Assembly (NCBI GenBank): GCA_963749495.1
Contig: CAVVMW010000006.1
Coordinates: forward strand, 320,001 to 384,000
Source: an uncultured bacterium
Lineage (GTDB): Bacteria > Verrucomicrobiota > Verrucomicrobiia > Limisphaerales > UBA8199
Length of the DNA: 64,000 nucleotides
Reading direction: 5' to 3'
The position numbers were made by a program, and so were the translations under genes. Positions 51,614-62,617 of this stretch are shown here, piece by piece. Under the pieces are notes generated by a model. The model searched no databases, was not told the origin of the DNA, and saw only the letters and a program-made list of their open reading frames with translations. Positions within the stretch are counted from its first letter, which is position 1, and every line of letters starts with the position of its first letter.

Positions 51614-52931
51614 ATGATTCAACGGTATTCGCGGCCCGCCATGCGGGAGATTTGGAGCGAACAGCGCAAGTTGGAGATCTGGCTGCAAATCGAACTGCTG
51701 GCCAGCGAGGCGCTCTGCGCCGCTGGGCTGGTGCCCAAAGCGGACCTCGCACAAATGAAGGCGCGCGCCGCCTTCAGCATCGACCGCTGCAAGGAACTGG
51801 AGCGGACGCTCAACCACGATGTCATCGCCTTCACCACGAACGTGGCGGAGAACATCGGGGCGCCGGCCAGCCGCTGGCTGCACTTCGGCCTGACCAGCAG
51901 CGACATCATCAATACCGCCTTTGCCGTGCAGATGGTGCAGTCAGCGGACATTCTCATTGCGGACGTCCAAGCCCTGCGGCAGGTGATTGGCGCGCGCGCC
52001 AAGGAGCACCAGTTCACGCCCATGATCGGCCGCAGCCACGGAATCCATGCCGAACCCACCACCTTCGGGCTCAAGCTGGCCCTCATGTATGACGAGTTCG
52101 GCCGGGCTTTGGAACGGCTCCAGGCCGCCCGCCGGCGCGTGGCGGTGGGCAAGCTCTCGGGGGCCGTCGGGACCAGCGCCCACCTCTCCCCGGAAATCGA
52201 GGACGCCGTTTGCCAAAGGCTGGGCCTGCGCCCGGCCCCGATCGCCACGCAAATCGTCCAGCGCGACCTCCACGCCGAGTTCATCGGCACGCTCGCCCTG
52301 GTCGGCGCGAGCGTCGAACGCTGGGCCACCGAGTTCCGGCACCTCCAGCGCACCGAAGTACTCGAGGCCGAGGAGTACTTTGCCAAGGGCCAAAAGGGCT
52401 CCAGCGCGATGCCGCACAAGCGCAACCCCATCACCGGCGAGCGCCTCGCCGGCCTGGCCCGCGTCCTGCGCGGCAACGCCCTGGCTGCCCTCGAAAACGT
52501 CGCCCTCTGGCACGAGCGCGACATCAGCCACAGCTCCGTCGAGCGGATCATCTTCCCGGACTCCTGCACGCTCCTGGACTACATGCTGGCAACCCTGGCG
52601 AAGCTGACCGAGGGGCTGCTGGTCTATCCCGAAAACATGAAGCGCAACCTGGACTTGTCGCTCGGCCTGTGGAACTCGCAGACCGTTTTGCTGGCCCTCA
52701 TTCGCAAAGGGCTGACCCGCGAGGCCGCCTACGACCTGGTCCAGCGCGCCGCCATGCTGACCTGGCAGGCCAAACACGCCGGCCGCAGCGACGCCGATTT
52801 CCTGGCCCAGGCTCAAGGCCGACCCCGACGTGGCCCGGCACTTCCAACTGGGAGAACTGGAGCAACTCTGCTCCCTGGACTTCCACTTCAAGGAGGTGAA
52901 GAACCGGTTCCGGAAGCTGGGGCTGGAGTGA
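51614..52931 (+). CDS. purB: Adenylosuccinate lyase, +1 frameshift near 52811
   Basis: GRSHGIHAEP, GSSAMPHKRNP; C-terminus continues LKADPDVARHF...KLGLE* in the shifted frame. Confidence 0.95.
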
Positions 52932-52970
52932 AGCCCCGCTGCTCGCGGGCGAGGGCGCGAGAGCGAGAGG

Positions 52971-53193
52971 GCGCACCCCGGGGAGTTTTGTCCCGAAGGG
53001 ACATCCGACGATAGCCCGGCGTTTCAACGCCGGGGAGGCCACAAAAGGGACCCTCGTCCCGAAGGGACGACTGAGAACACTCCTTTCAGCCGTCCCTTCG
53101 GGACGGTCCTGCTCCTTGGGTCCGCTCACCCGGCGTTGAAACGCCGGGCTATTGTCGGAAGCCCCTTCGGGGCAAAAAGACGCCGTGGGCTTG
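52971..53193. repeat. Reverse copy of the ~250-bp CCCGAAGGG element
   Basis: Matches 33513-33768 in reverse complement. Confidence 0.85.
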
Positions 53194-53228
53194 ACACGGC
53201 CCAGCTCGGGTGACTAAATGCATTTCAA

Positions 53229-55253
53229 ATGAGCACCAAGCTGAGCGGCCTCTCCCATCCTGTGAATGGCTCCAGCCTGATCGTTTTGGCTGCCCTCGCC
53301 CTGGCCTCCACCGCTCTAGGCGCCGAGCCGGCGCGGCTCAAGCGGGCCGAGAGTTTTTTGGGCGTACACTTCGATTTTCATGCCGGCCCGGACTGCACCG
53401 AGATTGGCAAGAACACGACACGCGAGATGATCGAGGATGTCATCGCCCGGGTGCGCCCGGATTACCTCCAGATCGACTGCAAGGGCCATCGCGGGCTGTC
53501 GAGCTACCCGACGCAGGCGGGCAACCCGGCGCCGGGATTTGTGGGCGACCCGCTGTGGCTCTGGCGGCAGGTCACCGCCGAGCACGGCGTGGCCCTCTAC
53601 ATGCACTACTCCGGCGTTTGGGATTCCGAGGCGATTCTCCGCCACCCGGATTGGGCGGTCATCGATGCCAACGGCAAGACCAACGCAAATGCGACCTCGT
53701 TCTTCGGCCCATACTCGGAGCGGCTGCTGGTCCCACAGCTCCGGGAATTGGCCGGTGTCTATGGTGTGGACGGGGCCTGGATCGATGGGGAGTGCTGGGC
53801 CTCGCTCCCGGATTACAGCGAAGGGGCGCTCAGGGCGTTTGCTGCCGCCTCCGGCCGGCCCGACGCGCCCCGCAAGCCCGGCGAGCCGCATTGGTTTGAG
53901 TTTCTCGAGTTCAATCGCCAGGCCTTCCGCCGCTACTTGGGCCACTACATTGACGAGGTCAAGAAGACCAACCCCGACTTTCAATTCTGCAGCAACTGGG
54001 CCTTTACCGACCACATGCCCGAGCCGGTCAGCGCCCCGGTGGATTTCCTCTCCGGCGACTACAATCCCGAGGACAGCGTCAACTCGGCCCGCATCTCGGC
54101 GCGCTACCTGGCCCGGCAGGGCAAGCCGTGGGACCTGATGGCCTGGAGTTTCACCCGGCAGCGGGGCCGGGGCGGTGATAACCAGAAGAACGCGGTGCAA
54201 TTGCAGCGCGAAGCCGCCGTGGTGCTCGCCCTGGGCGGCGGGTTCCAGGCCTATTTCACCCAGAAACGCGACGGCTCCGTCCGCAGCGAGCGGATGCCGG
54301 TCATGGGCGAAGTGGCCCGGTTTTGCCGCGCGCGCCAGGCCATCTGCCATCGTGCAACCCAGGTGCCGCAGATCGCCCTGCTCTATTCGACCGCCGCCCA
54401 TTACCGGCAGATAAACTCGATGTTCGGGCGCGACCCCTCGCCTTTCAGCGGCACGCTCCAGGCCCTGCTCGAATCCCAGCAATCCGTCGAGTTGCTGGGC
54501 GAACACCACCTCTCAGGCCGCATGGCGGAATACCCGCTCATTATCGTCCCGGAATGGGGATACCTCGACCCAGAATTCAAAGACGAACTGGTGGCTTACG
54601 TCAAGCAAGGCGGCAACCTCCTGCTGGTGGGTCCGAGCGCCGCCGCCCTGTTCGCGCCCGAGCTTGACATCGTGCTCGAGGGTGGGCCGCCTGCCAAACC
54701 GCGTTTCGTTGCCCATCACGGCAGCTTCGCCCCCATCCAGGGCGCGGTCTGCAACGCAAAGCTCGGCCCCAATGCGCTCGAGTTCGGCCGCCTGCACCTG
54801 ACCGCTGACCTGGATTCGCCTTCGCAACCCGCAGCCTCGATTGCCCCGCTCGGCAAAGGCCGCATCGCCGCAACCTACTTCGATTTCAGCAAAGGCTATC
54901 TCGACTCGCACAGCCCCCAGTCCCGGCAATTCCTGGCCGAACTGGCCGGCCTGCTCTTCCCGGAACCCCTGGTCCAGGTCACAGGCTCAGCCGACGTTGA
55001 CGTGGTCGTAAACCGGCTCGGCGGCAAACTGGCCATCAATCTGGTCAACACCTCCGGCCCGCACCGGACCGAACCGCTCGTCGAGTCCATCTCCCCCGTC
55101 GGACCGCTCCATGTCATCATCCGCCAAAAACCCAAGCCGGAGCGGATCACGCTCGAACCTGCCGGCCAGCCGCTGCCTTTCGAATACATCTCTGGCGAAG
55201 TCCGCGTCACCGTCCCCCGCGTGGACATCCACGAGATTGTCGTGGTCCAGTAG
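53229..55253 (+). CDS. Secreted glycoside hydrolase (GH29/GH151 alpha-L-fucosidase-like)
   Basis: HFDFH, KGHRGLSSYPT, DGAWIDGE; glutamine-amidotransferase-like trimerisation domain. Confidence 0.75.
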   Translation: MSTKLSGLSHPVNGSSLIVLAALALASTALGAEPARLKRAESFLGVHFDFHAGPDCTEIGKNTTREMIEDVIARVRPDYLQIDCKGHRGLSSYPTQAGNPAPGFVGDPLWLWRQVTAEHGVALYMHYSGVWDSEAILRHPDWAVIDANGKTNANATSFFGPYSERLLVPQLRELAGVYGVDGAWIDGECWASLPDYSEGALRAFAAASGRPDAPRKPGEPHWFEFLEFNRQAFRRYLGHYIDEVKKTNPDFQFCSNWAFTDHMPEPVSAPVDFLSGDYNPEDSVNSARISARYLARQGKPWDLMAWSFTRQRGRGGDNQKNAVQLQREAAVVLALGGGFQAYFTQKRDGSVRSERMPVMGEVARFCRARQAICHRATQVPQIALLYSTAAHYRQINSMFGRDPSPFSGTLQALLESQQSVELLGEHHLSGRMAEYPLIIVPEWGYLDPEFKDELVAYVKQGGNLLLVGPSAAALFAPELDIVLEGGPPAKPRFVAHHGSFAPIQGAVCNAKLGPNALEFGRLHLTADLDSPSQPAASIAPLGKGRIAATYFDFSKGYLDSHSPQSRQFLAELAGLLFPEPLVQVTGSADVDVVVNRLGGKLAINLVNTSGPHRTEPLVESISPVGPLHVIIRQKPKPERITLEPAGQPLPFEYISGEVRVTVPRVDIHEIVVVQ

Positions 55254-55273
55254 CGAAAATCAATGGAGTGAAA

Positions 55274-55346
55274 GGCAGAAAAATGGGGGCAGAAAAATCA
55301 AGAGCATCTTTTCTCACCTTCATCTTTCTGCCCCCATTTTTCTGCC
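55274..55346. repeat. Inverted GGCAGAAAAAT repeats between convergent genes
   Basis: Hairpin visible in the sequence. Confidence 0.8.
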
Positions 55347-55374
55347 TCAATCCGCGGATTTCCCGCGTCCTCCG

Positions 55375-56703
55375 TCACAGTTCCCTGAGCATCTTTATCG
55401 CCTCCTGGGAGAGCACCTCATCGGCTCCGGGCGCAAAGGCGCTGCTCTGGACCTCGTATCCGCCGTCGGGGTAGCTGGGCCGGGTGGGGAGGTATCCGGC
55501 CGCGCCGTTGCAGTGGGTGAACACGAAGGTGTGCGGGAAGGGAGATGCCGACTTGATGGCCTTGCCGATTTCATTGAAGACCTCCCCGCCCAGGCCCACG
55601 AAGCCAATATCGCCCAGGCGCCCGACGGTGATGTTGAACGGGGTGGTCGGGCTGGATTGGGCGCCGCCGCGCGCCTTGGCGGGAAGCTCGACGGTCTTGA
55701 AGCTGGTCTTGATTGGAGCATCGTTGGGAAGGTAGCTGCGAATGCCCTCCAGCACCCGCGCCACTTCTTCGCCCAGGAACGTGCCCAGCAGGACCGGCTC
55801 CGGCACCCAGCCGTTATTGGTCTTGAAATCCGGCCGGATGCGAAACCAAGGGTCAATATCGCCCGAGGCCCCGGCAAACTCCGGCGCGACCACCTCGGCC
55901 CCGAGATAGTTTTCGAGAAACTGCGCGGCCAGGCCGTGGACATCGCCGCTGATGGCGTAATTGCCCGGCCCGAGCAACGTGCTGTGCGTGGAATAAGCGA
56001 AAAGGACGCCTGCCAACCGGGCCTGGTCCTGGTTCTGCCCGGGCCGCGCCAGCTTGAGCACCTGCACCTCCCGGTCCGTGAGCACCCCGGGGTTGCGGCC
56101 CAGCACGATCTGCGTCTTGCCGTCGTTGCCTTGGACCACCTCGCGGCGGTTGGCCCCCACGGGGCACGAGCCGAAGCCGGCGCCCACCTGGACCGGGCCC
56201 AGCCGGTCCAGGGCAGTGCGGACTGCCTCGACCAGCTTGCCCTGGAGCGTCCGGGTGTATTGGACGTTGTTGGTGTGCCCCTTCTCGCTGTTCAACGTGA
56301 GATTGGGCGCGCTATGCGTGTGGATGGCGCACAGGAACAACTCGGCGGGCTTGAGCCCGTTGGCCTCCAGAATCGCGTTCCGCAACGGCTCCGCCGTGCC
56401 GTTGTAGAAACCACAATTATCCAGCGAGACCAGCACCAGCCTCTGCCCGCCCTGCTCGAAGGCCGCCACACGCGTCGAGAGCGGGTCGTGTACGCCCCGC
56501 GACAGTTCCTTGCGCGACGCATAGCCCGCCATGGTGACAGGCTGCTCCGGCGTAACGTCCACCCGCGCGCACCCGGCCCGCAGCCCTTGCGCCCAACCCG
56601 CGCTCCAGCCGGCAAAGACCAGAACGCAGACGCACATGAGCGCCCAGGCGCGTGAAAAAGAGCGATGTCCGCAAGATCTTATCTGGCAGTCCAATGGTTT
56701 CAT
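55375..56703 (-). CDS. Neutral/alkaline ceramidase N-terminal-domain protein
   Basis: DVTP..MAGY..GVHDPL, HTHSAP, GASGDI, GE.F, GYLP...GGYE. Confidence 0.85.
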   Translation of the reverse strand: MKPLDCQIRSCGHRSFSRAWALMCVCVLVFAGWSAGWAQGLRAGCARVDVTPEQPVTMAGYASRKELSRGVHDPLSTRVAAFEQGGQRLVLVSLDNCGFYNGTAEPLRNAILEANGLKPAELFLCAIHTHSAPNLTLNSEKGHTNNVQYTRTLQGKLVEAVRTALDRLGPVQVGAGFGSCPVGANRREVVQGNDGKTQIVLGRNPGVLTDREVQVLKLARPGQNQDQARLAGVLFAYSTHSTLLGPGNYAISGDVHGLAAQFLENYLGAEVVAPEFAGASGDIDPWFRIRPDFKTNNGWVPEPVLLGTFLGEEVARVLEGIRSYLPNDAPIKTSFKTVELPAKARGGAQSSPTTPFNITVGRLGDIGFVGLGGEVFNEIGKAIKSASPFPHTFVFTHCNGAAGYLPTRPSYPDGGYEVQSSAFAPGADEVLSQEAIKMLREL

Positions 56704-56784
56704 GGCGCGAGAGTATTCCCGCCCAGCCGGGATTGCAACAGAAGTCAATGGGAGGCGGAAGGCAGGCGGTTCTGATTTAGGATT

Positions 56785-56898
56785 GTGGGGCAGACCTCTG
56801 GTCTGCCGGTTCACGGAGCCTCCGGCTCCGTGTCCCTTGCAGTTGCGAGGCTCGGGGCCAGAGGCCCCTACAACCGGCAGACCGGAGGTCTGCCCCAC
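56785..56898. repeat. REP-like element, reverse copy of 528-641
   Basis: Near-identical over ~115 bp. Confidence 0.9.
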
Positions 56899-57541
56899 GC
56901 GTCCCCCTCCGAAAGAGTTACGGATTCGTCTGCCTCCCCCAAAAAACAGAAACGGCCGGGTGTTTCCCGGCCGGCTCTGCCACATTCTACACTGAGAACT
57001 TAAATCGTCATCCGATGCGGCGCCGCAGATTTACGCCTGCCAACCACACACGGTTTAGCTACTGCGTTTCTGCATCTTCAGCACGCCATCATCATACCAG
57101 AGATGCCGTCCCCCGCCAGTCACCAGTTCTGGGGACACGGGCGCGCAGGGGAACAGGCGCTATCTGAGGAGGGACAGAAGGGACAAAAGGGACGAAAGGG
57201 ACGACCTAATCGGTCAGCAAGGCGGAGACGGAGTGCCAGGCCGACCCCTCACCCCAACCCTCTCCCCTTCCGAAGGGGAGAGGGGGACGGGCCGGCAGTC
57301 TCGTGAATTTCCAGGCCTCTCTGGGTCTTCGAGCCGCTACGGAGAATTCTCCCTCTCCCCATCCGACTCGCCGCGCTGTCGCGCCGTCGCAGCGGGTGGG
57401 GAGAGGGCTGGGGTGAGGGGTCCCCCGGCGCTGTTGCTCCCCGCTTCACTGCGGCATTAGGGGCGGCGTGCAATTGCCTTGTCTTGGCGCGCGCCAGCTC
57501 GGTATCCTGCGGCACGATGTTGGACAGTTAGCCGCCGGGTC

Positions 57542-58911
57542 ATGATCGTTCCTGAAAGCCGCCGGGTTCGCAAGGGGCACAGCAGAGCTACGCGCCGCGC
57601 CCGGGTCCCGCGCGCCGCGGGCGCGGCCGCCACCCGGAACCGTGCAGTCCGCCGCTCGTCCTCGCCCTCGGTCATGGTCCTGGGCGTCGGCAGCTTCGCG
57701 CACAGCACGGCCCAGATCCTCAAGAGGCCGGCGCCACGGTCTCGACTTACCTGACGCGCGATTACGGGCACTACGGGCCCTCCCTGGCGGGGCCGGCTTA
57801 CTCGCCCGGCCAATTTCCCTCGCCCGCTCCCCTGCTGCGGGAGCGAGCGGTGGACCTGGTCGTGCCGATGTCCATCAACTGGGCCCAGGCGCCGTGGTGC
57901 GCGGAATTGCTGGGGCTGAAGGTCCCGATCTTCTGCCCCACAGGCAAAGGCATGCTCATCGAGCGGGAACGCAACCTGGCGCGCCGGCTTTGCCGCAGGT
58001 TCCATGTCCCTTTTCCAGAGGCCCACCTGGCGCGCAACCGCCTGGAGGCCGAGCAACTCCTGGAGCGGCACCCGTTGCCCTTCGTCATCAAGAACCCCCT
58101 CTGCTCGCCCACCAGCCCGATTCACACCATCCTCTGCGAATCCGCCGCCGACACCCGCTCCTGGCTGCGGCACATCGATTACGCCGAGGGCGTTTTCCTC
58201 CAGGAATACCTGGGCCGCCGCGAGGCGGGCCACATCGGCCTGATCAGCGGCGGCCAGTTCTACTCCCTGGTCACCAACCAGGAATACAAACGCGCCTTCG
58301 CCGGCGACCTTGGCATCCTCGCCGGCGCCCCGCTGGGCGGCCTCGTGGAAAAAGACCCGGCCGACAAATACGGCCTGGCCCGCCAACTCCTGCACCCCCT
58401 CATGCCCTGGTTCCGCCGGGTCAATTATCATGGCCCCATCCAGGTCACAGCCGTCCAGCGCGACGGCACCTGGCACGTCATCGAGTACAACATCCGCATT
58501 GGCGTCACCTCCGGCGCCATGCTCCTGCGCCTGCTGGCCAATCCCCTGGAGACCTTGCTGGCGACCGGCCAGAACCGGAGGCTGGCCCCGCGCTTCCGCG
58601 ACGGGCCCAACTTCGGCTGTTCGCTCACGCTCGCCGGCTATGGCTATCCCTATACCCAAATCCAAGGCCCCCGGGTGCCTGTGGAAATCAATGCGCCGCT
58701 GGATTGCGATTTGTGGTGGAACGAGGTTGCCGCCGACGGTCACGGCGGGCTCGTGGCCACCGGGCACCGCCTGGCGGATGTCATCGCCTTGGGCGCGTCC
58801 CTGGCCGCGGCCCTGGCCGCGGCCTACGCCAATATTCGCAAGCTGCGCAGTCTCGGCAGCTATTTCCGGCCCGACATCGGGCGCACACTCTGGCCGCCCG
58901 GAACGGAATAA
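57542..58911 (+). CDS. PurD-like ATP-grasp ligase, -1 frameshift near 57723 (start uncertain)
   Basis: VMVLGVGSFAHS, PFVIK, FLQEYL, QEYKR, IEYNIRIG, GYPY, FRPDIG. PurD fold but lacks the DHKR, GPNTGGMG and RFGDPE motifs. Confidence 0.75.
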
Positions 58912-59355
58912 CGGGGCTGTAATTCGATCCAACTCTCAAGATGAGATCATCACTGGAAAGCCCCTCACCCCGACCCTCTCCCCATCCGATGGGGAGAGGG
59001 AGGACCGGCGCCCGCCTGTGGACGAATCCCGGCGCGTTGGAGCTTGCCAGAGCCGCGCTTTGCTGCTCCCTCTCCCCGTCCGACGGGGAGAGGGCCGGGG
59101 TGAGGGGTCCATTTCGCGCGCCACTACCATCTTATGACCAATCCTGACCTCATGACACGGCCCCAGCCACCGATTGGCGGTCCGGCCGGGGCGCATCCCG
59201 GCACTACCCCCGCCACCGAGGCCGAAGGGCCGGAGCGCCGGCTTCAGCCCGCTTTGGACGTCCAATGTTCACAGGGGCCCAAAGGGGTGCAGGTGCGCGC
59301 AAAGCCGGCTGAAGCCGGCGCTCCGGGGGCGGTGTCGGGATGCGCCCGTCCGGCT

Positions 59356-60625
59356 ATGCGGGCCCCCGTTCCAACGCCGCCGGGTGAAACCCAAATCCCC
59401 GCCCCGGAGCCCGTCGCGCCCCGTCCTTCGGATCTGCCTGCTGCACGAGCGGTGGCGCTGCTTGATTCCACTCCCATCCCCCGGCCGGCCTGGGTTGAGA
59501 TCGACCTGGCCCGTCTCCGGCGCAATTTCGAACTGATCAACCGCCAAAAACCCGGCCCGCTCAAGATACTGTCGGTCACTAAAGACGAGGCCTACGGCCA
59601 CGGGGCGGTGGCGGTCGCCCGGGTGGCGCTGGGGTGCGGCGTGAGTTTTCTGGGGCTGAGCACGGTGGAAGAGGCCCTGCGCCTGCGCGAGCGTGGCATC
59701 CAGGCCCGGATGCTGTTGTTCGGGCGACCGCCACGAGTCCGAGCTGCCCTGGTGTGTGGCCCACGACCTGACCTGCTGCGTAAGCGAGGCGCGGTCGGTC
59801 GCCACGCTCGGCCAATTGGCCGCTGGAGCCGGCAAGCGCATCCCCGTTCATCTGAAGATCAACACCGGCATGAACCGCTACGGCGTGCGCTGGGACGAGG
59901 CCGCCTCGCTGGCGGCGCTCATTGGCTCGACCCCGTCGCTCTTTCTCGAAGGCGCCTTGAGCCACTTCGCGCAATCCGATGAGGCCGACAAGACCTTCGC
60001 CCTGGCGCAACTGGCCCGCTTCCAGGAGGCCCTGCGCGCCATAGCGGGGCTTGGCCTGGAGGTGCCGCTGCGCCATCTCTGCAACAGCGGCGGTTTCCTG
60101 GATCTCCCCCAAGCCCACTTCAACCTGGTCCGCCTGGGCATCCTGCCGCTGGGCGTCTTTCCCTCGGCCGTCTGCCGGCGCATTCCGGGCATTGAACCGG
60201 TGATGACCGTCAAGGCCCGCATCGCCGCTGTCCAGCAGTTGAGGCCGGGCGAGAGCGTCGGTTACGGCATGCGCTACACCGCCTGTGATTGCCGCCGGAT
60301 AGCCGTGCTGCCGATCGGTTACGGTGACGGCTTCCCCCGCGTGCGCAACCAGGGGTGCGCCCTGCTCCATGGCCGGCGCGCCCCGATTGTCGGCGGTGTC
60401 GCCATGGACGCCCTCACGGTGGACATCACCGACCTGCCCCAGGCCAGGCTCGGGGACGAGGCCGTGCTGATGGGCCGCCAGGGCCAGGAGGAGATCTCGG
60501 TCCACGAAGTCGCCCGGCTCAAGAACTCCGTCTCCTATGACATCCTGGCCGGCTGGCGGGGGCGCTTGCCCAGGGTGTTTCTCGATGGGGCTGCTCCAGT
60601 GCCTGGGGAGCCTCCACGATTTTGA
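59356..60625 (+). CDS. alr: Alanine racemase, +1 frameshift near 59722 (start uncertain)
   Basis: VTKDEAYGHG PLP-lysine motif, HLKINTGMNRYG, SHFA, VGYG, IGYGDG. Confidence 0.88.
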
Positions 60626-60674
60626 AATCATGCACGCGGACCATGAACGGTACGGGCGTCGCCCGGCGCGAAGC

Positions 60675-60754
60675 GTTTTGGAGTGCGCCAGTCCTCTGGC
60701 GCTTTTTGGACCCTGGGGACGAGAAAGCGGCAGAGGATTGGCGCAGTCCAAAAC
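60675..60754. repeat. GGA(C/G)TGCG REP-like doublet
   Basis: Same family as 21998. Confidence 0.85.
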
Positions 60755-60812
60755 CTCGCGGGTTCCGTCGGTTCATGCGCAGGCGCGGACTGGGGCCAAC
60801 CCAGCTTAAATG

Positions 60813-61622
60813 ATGAAACTCCTCTTTTCCGAGGCCAAAGCCGATTACGCGCACTACATCTTTCCATACGCGGTCTGGGCGTTTCCAGAGGCGGGCGAGA
60901 CGCCATCGGACGTGTTCGGCCATGGTTTTCTGCCCTCCTCACGCAACCTGGACCGGTTTTATCTCTGCCGCCAGGTGCGCGTTGCACTGGGTCAATTTCG
61001 CCCCTCCTCCGAGAATCGCCGCATCCTGCGCAAAGGCCAGGGCCTGGCCGCCGCGCTGCTCGCCCGGAGGGACTTTGATTATACGCCCCAACGGCGCGCC
61101 TTTTACCTGGCATACACGGACGTGAAATTCGGCAAGGGCGTCATGTCCGGCGAGCGCCTGGACGCCCTGTTCCAGGGCACCATCATCTCGCACCTGTTGG
61201 TTTTCACCGATGCCAGGTCAGGGGCCGAAGTCGGCACGGTCACCCTCTACCTGGAGCCCCCGGCCATGGCGTATTACTACTATGCCTTTTACGACCTGGC
61301 TTACTTGAGCCGGAACCTGGGCATGTTCATGATGACCTGGTCCGTGGCCGAGTTCGCCCGGCGCGGCTTTGATTTTCTCTACCTCGGTTCCTGCTACCGG
61401 CAAAATGCCCTCTACAAGACCCAGTTCCGCGGCGCCCAGTTCTTCAATGGCGTTCGCTGGTCGGCCAATCTCGACGAGCTCAAGTGCCTGGTCGGCCGGA
61501 GCGAGTCGGACCCCGCTCAGCACTTGCTGGAGGACGAAGCCTACCGCCGCACTTATTTTGACGACCCCTTGCCCGCATTGGCTGCGGACAGTCCGTTCGG
61601 AGGCAAGACGCGGGGGAAATGA
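60813..61622 (+). CDS. ATE/Bpt-like aminoacyl-tRNA-dependent transferase (GNAT)
   Basis: CRQVRV, RRILRK, YAFYD..YLSRNLG, YLGSCY..ALYKTQF resemble the ATE_C domain. Confidence 0.65.
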   Translation: MKLLFSEAKADYAHYIFPYAVWAFPEAGETPSDVFGHGFLPSSRNLDRFYLCRQVRVALGQFRPSSENRRILRKGQGLAAALLARRDFDYTPQRRAFYLAYTDVKFGKGVMSGERLDALFQGTIISHLLVFTDARSGAEVGTVTLYLEPPAMAYYYYAFYDLAYLSRNLGMFMMTWSVAEFARRGFDFLYLGSCYRQNALYKTQFRGAQFFNGVRWSANLDELKCLVGRSESDPAQHLLEDEAYRRTYFDDPLPALAADSPFGGKTRGK

Positions 61623-61711
61623 CGAATGACGAATGACGAATGACAGAATCGTGTGCAAGACAGTCTCCTGATGATTCTGCCAAAAATGATTTTGCCAACA
61701 ATGATTTTGCC
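61619..61711. repeat. GAATGAC array at the stop codon plus 15-mer ATGATTTTGCCAAnA x3
   Basis: Seen directly. Confidence 0.85.
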
Positions 61712-61774
61712 TTTTTCGTGGGCCGGACGAATTAGGTCTTCCCAAAGCCGGTCCAGTAGGTTATAATCCTGCCC

Positions 61775-62581
61775 ATGACACATTCGGAACCTGGCCTGTC
61801 CTTTTGCCGAAACTCGGCACCGTCCCGGCCACCGCGCGCCTTTACTCTCATCGAACTGCTGGTGGTGATCGCCATCATCGCCATCCTGGCGGCCATGCTC
61901 CTGCCGGCCCTGGCCAGCGCCAAGGAGAAGGCCCAACGCATGAAGTGCGTCAACAACAACAAAGAGATCGGCACCGCCACGCAGATGTACGCGTCCGGCA
62001 ACCTTGACAAGATGCCTTACCCCAATTGGAACGCTCCGTGGGTGGACAATCTCGGTCGCCCGTTGCCGGGCTGGCTTTATACCCCAACCAACAGCTCCGT
62101 GCCCAATCCCCTGGTCGAGCCTTTCAAGTCAAATCCGACACTGGCCTACGCAGGGGGCCTGCTCTGGCCTTTCCTCCAGAACGTCACTCTTTACCGTTGT
62201 CCACTCGACCTGACCAATGCCCCCGGGTTCAACCAGCGTCCGAACATGCTCTCCACCTACGTGCAGAACGGGGCGATCTGCGGCTATGGTGGCCTCGGCC
62301 CCAGGAGCTACAACCAGGGTGACTTCCGCCAGGATGCCTTCATGATGTGGGAACCGCAGCCGCCGGCCAACAACCCTGGCTACGGCTATAATGATGGCGC
62401 CAGCTACCCCGACCCGAACACAGACGGCGGACTGGGCACCCGCCACGGCAAGGTCGGCGGCATCGTGCTGGTCATCAGCGGCAGTGTCCAGTTCGTCCAG
62501 TACAAGACCTGGGCCAATGAGGCCAAGGACGTCTTCAAGAACCGGCTCTGGTGCAACCCCGGCACGGCCAACGGCCATTAG
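61775..62581 (+). CDS. Prepilin-type N-terminal cleavage/methylation domain protein
   Basis: [34 protein letters not shown]-x-G C-terminal motif. Confidence 0.92.
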   Translation: MTHSEPGLSFCRNSAPSRPPRAFTLIELLVVIAIIAILAAMLLPALASAKEKAQRMKCVNNNKEIGTATQMYASGNLDKMPYPNWNAPWVDNLGRPLPGWLYTPTNSSVPNPLVEPFKSNPTLAYAGGLLWPFLQNVTLYRCPLDLTNAPGFNQRPNMLSTYVQNGAICGYGGLGPRSYNQGDFRQDAFMMWEPQPPANNPGYGYNDGASYPDPNTDGGLGTRHGKVGGIVLVISGSVQFVQYKTWANEAKDVFKNRLWCNPGTANGH

Positions 62582-62617
62582 GGACGATTCGGCTGCGGCT
62601 GGGCCGCGCCAGCCCCG

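Noticed and set aside
56930..57170. Possible ncRNA or gene relic upstream of the ceramidase-like gene
   Set aside because: Lower GC, but no recognisable RNA family or protein motif; cannot be supported without a search.
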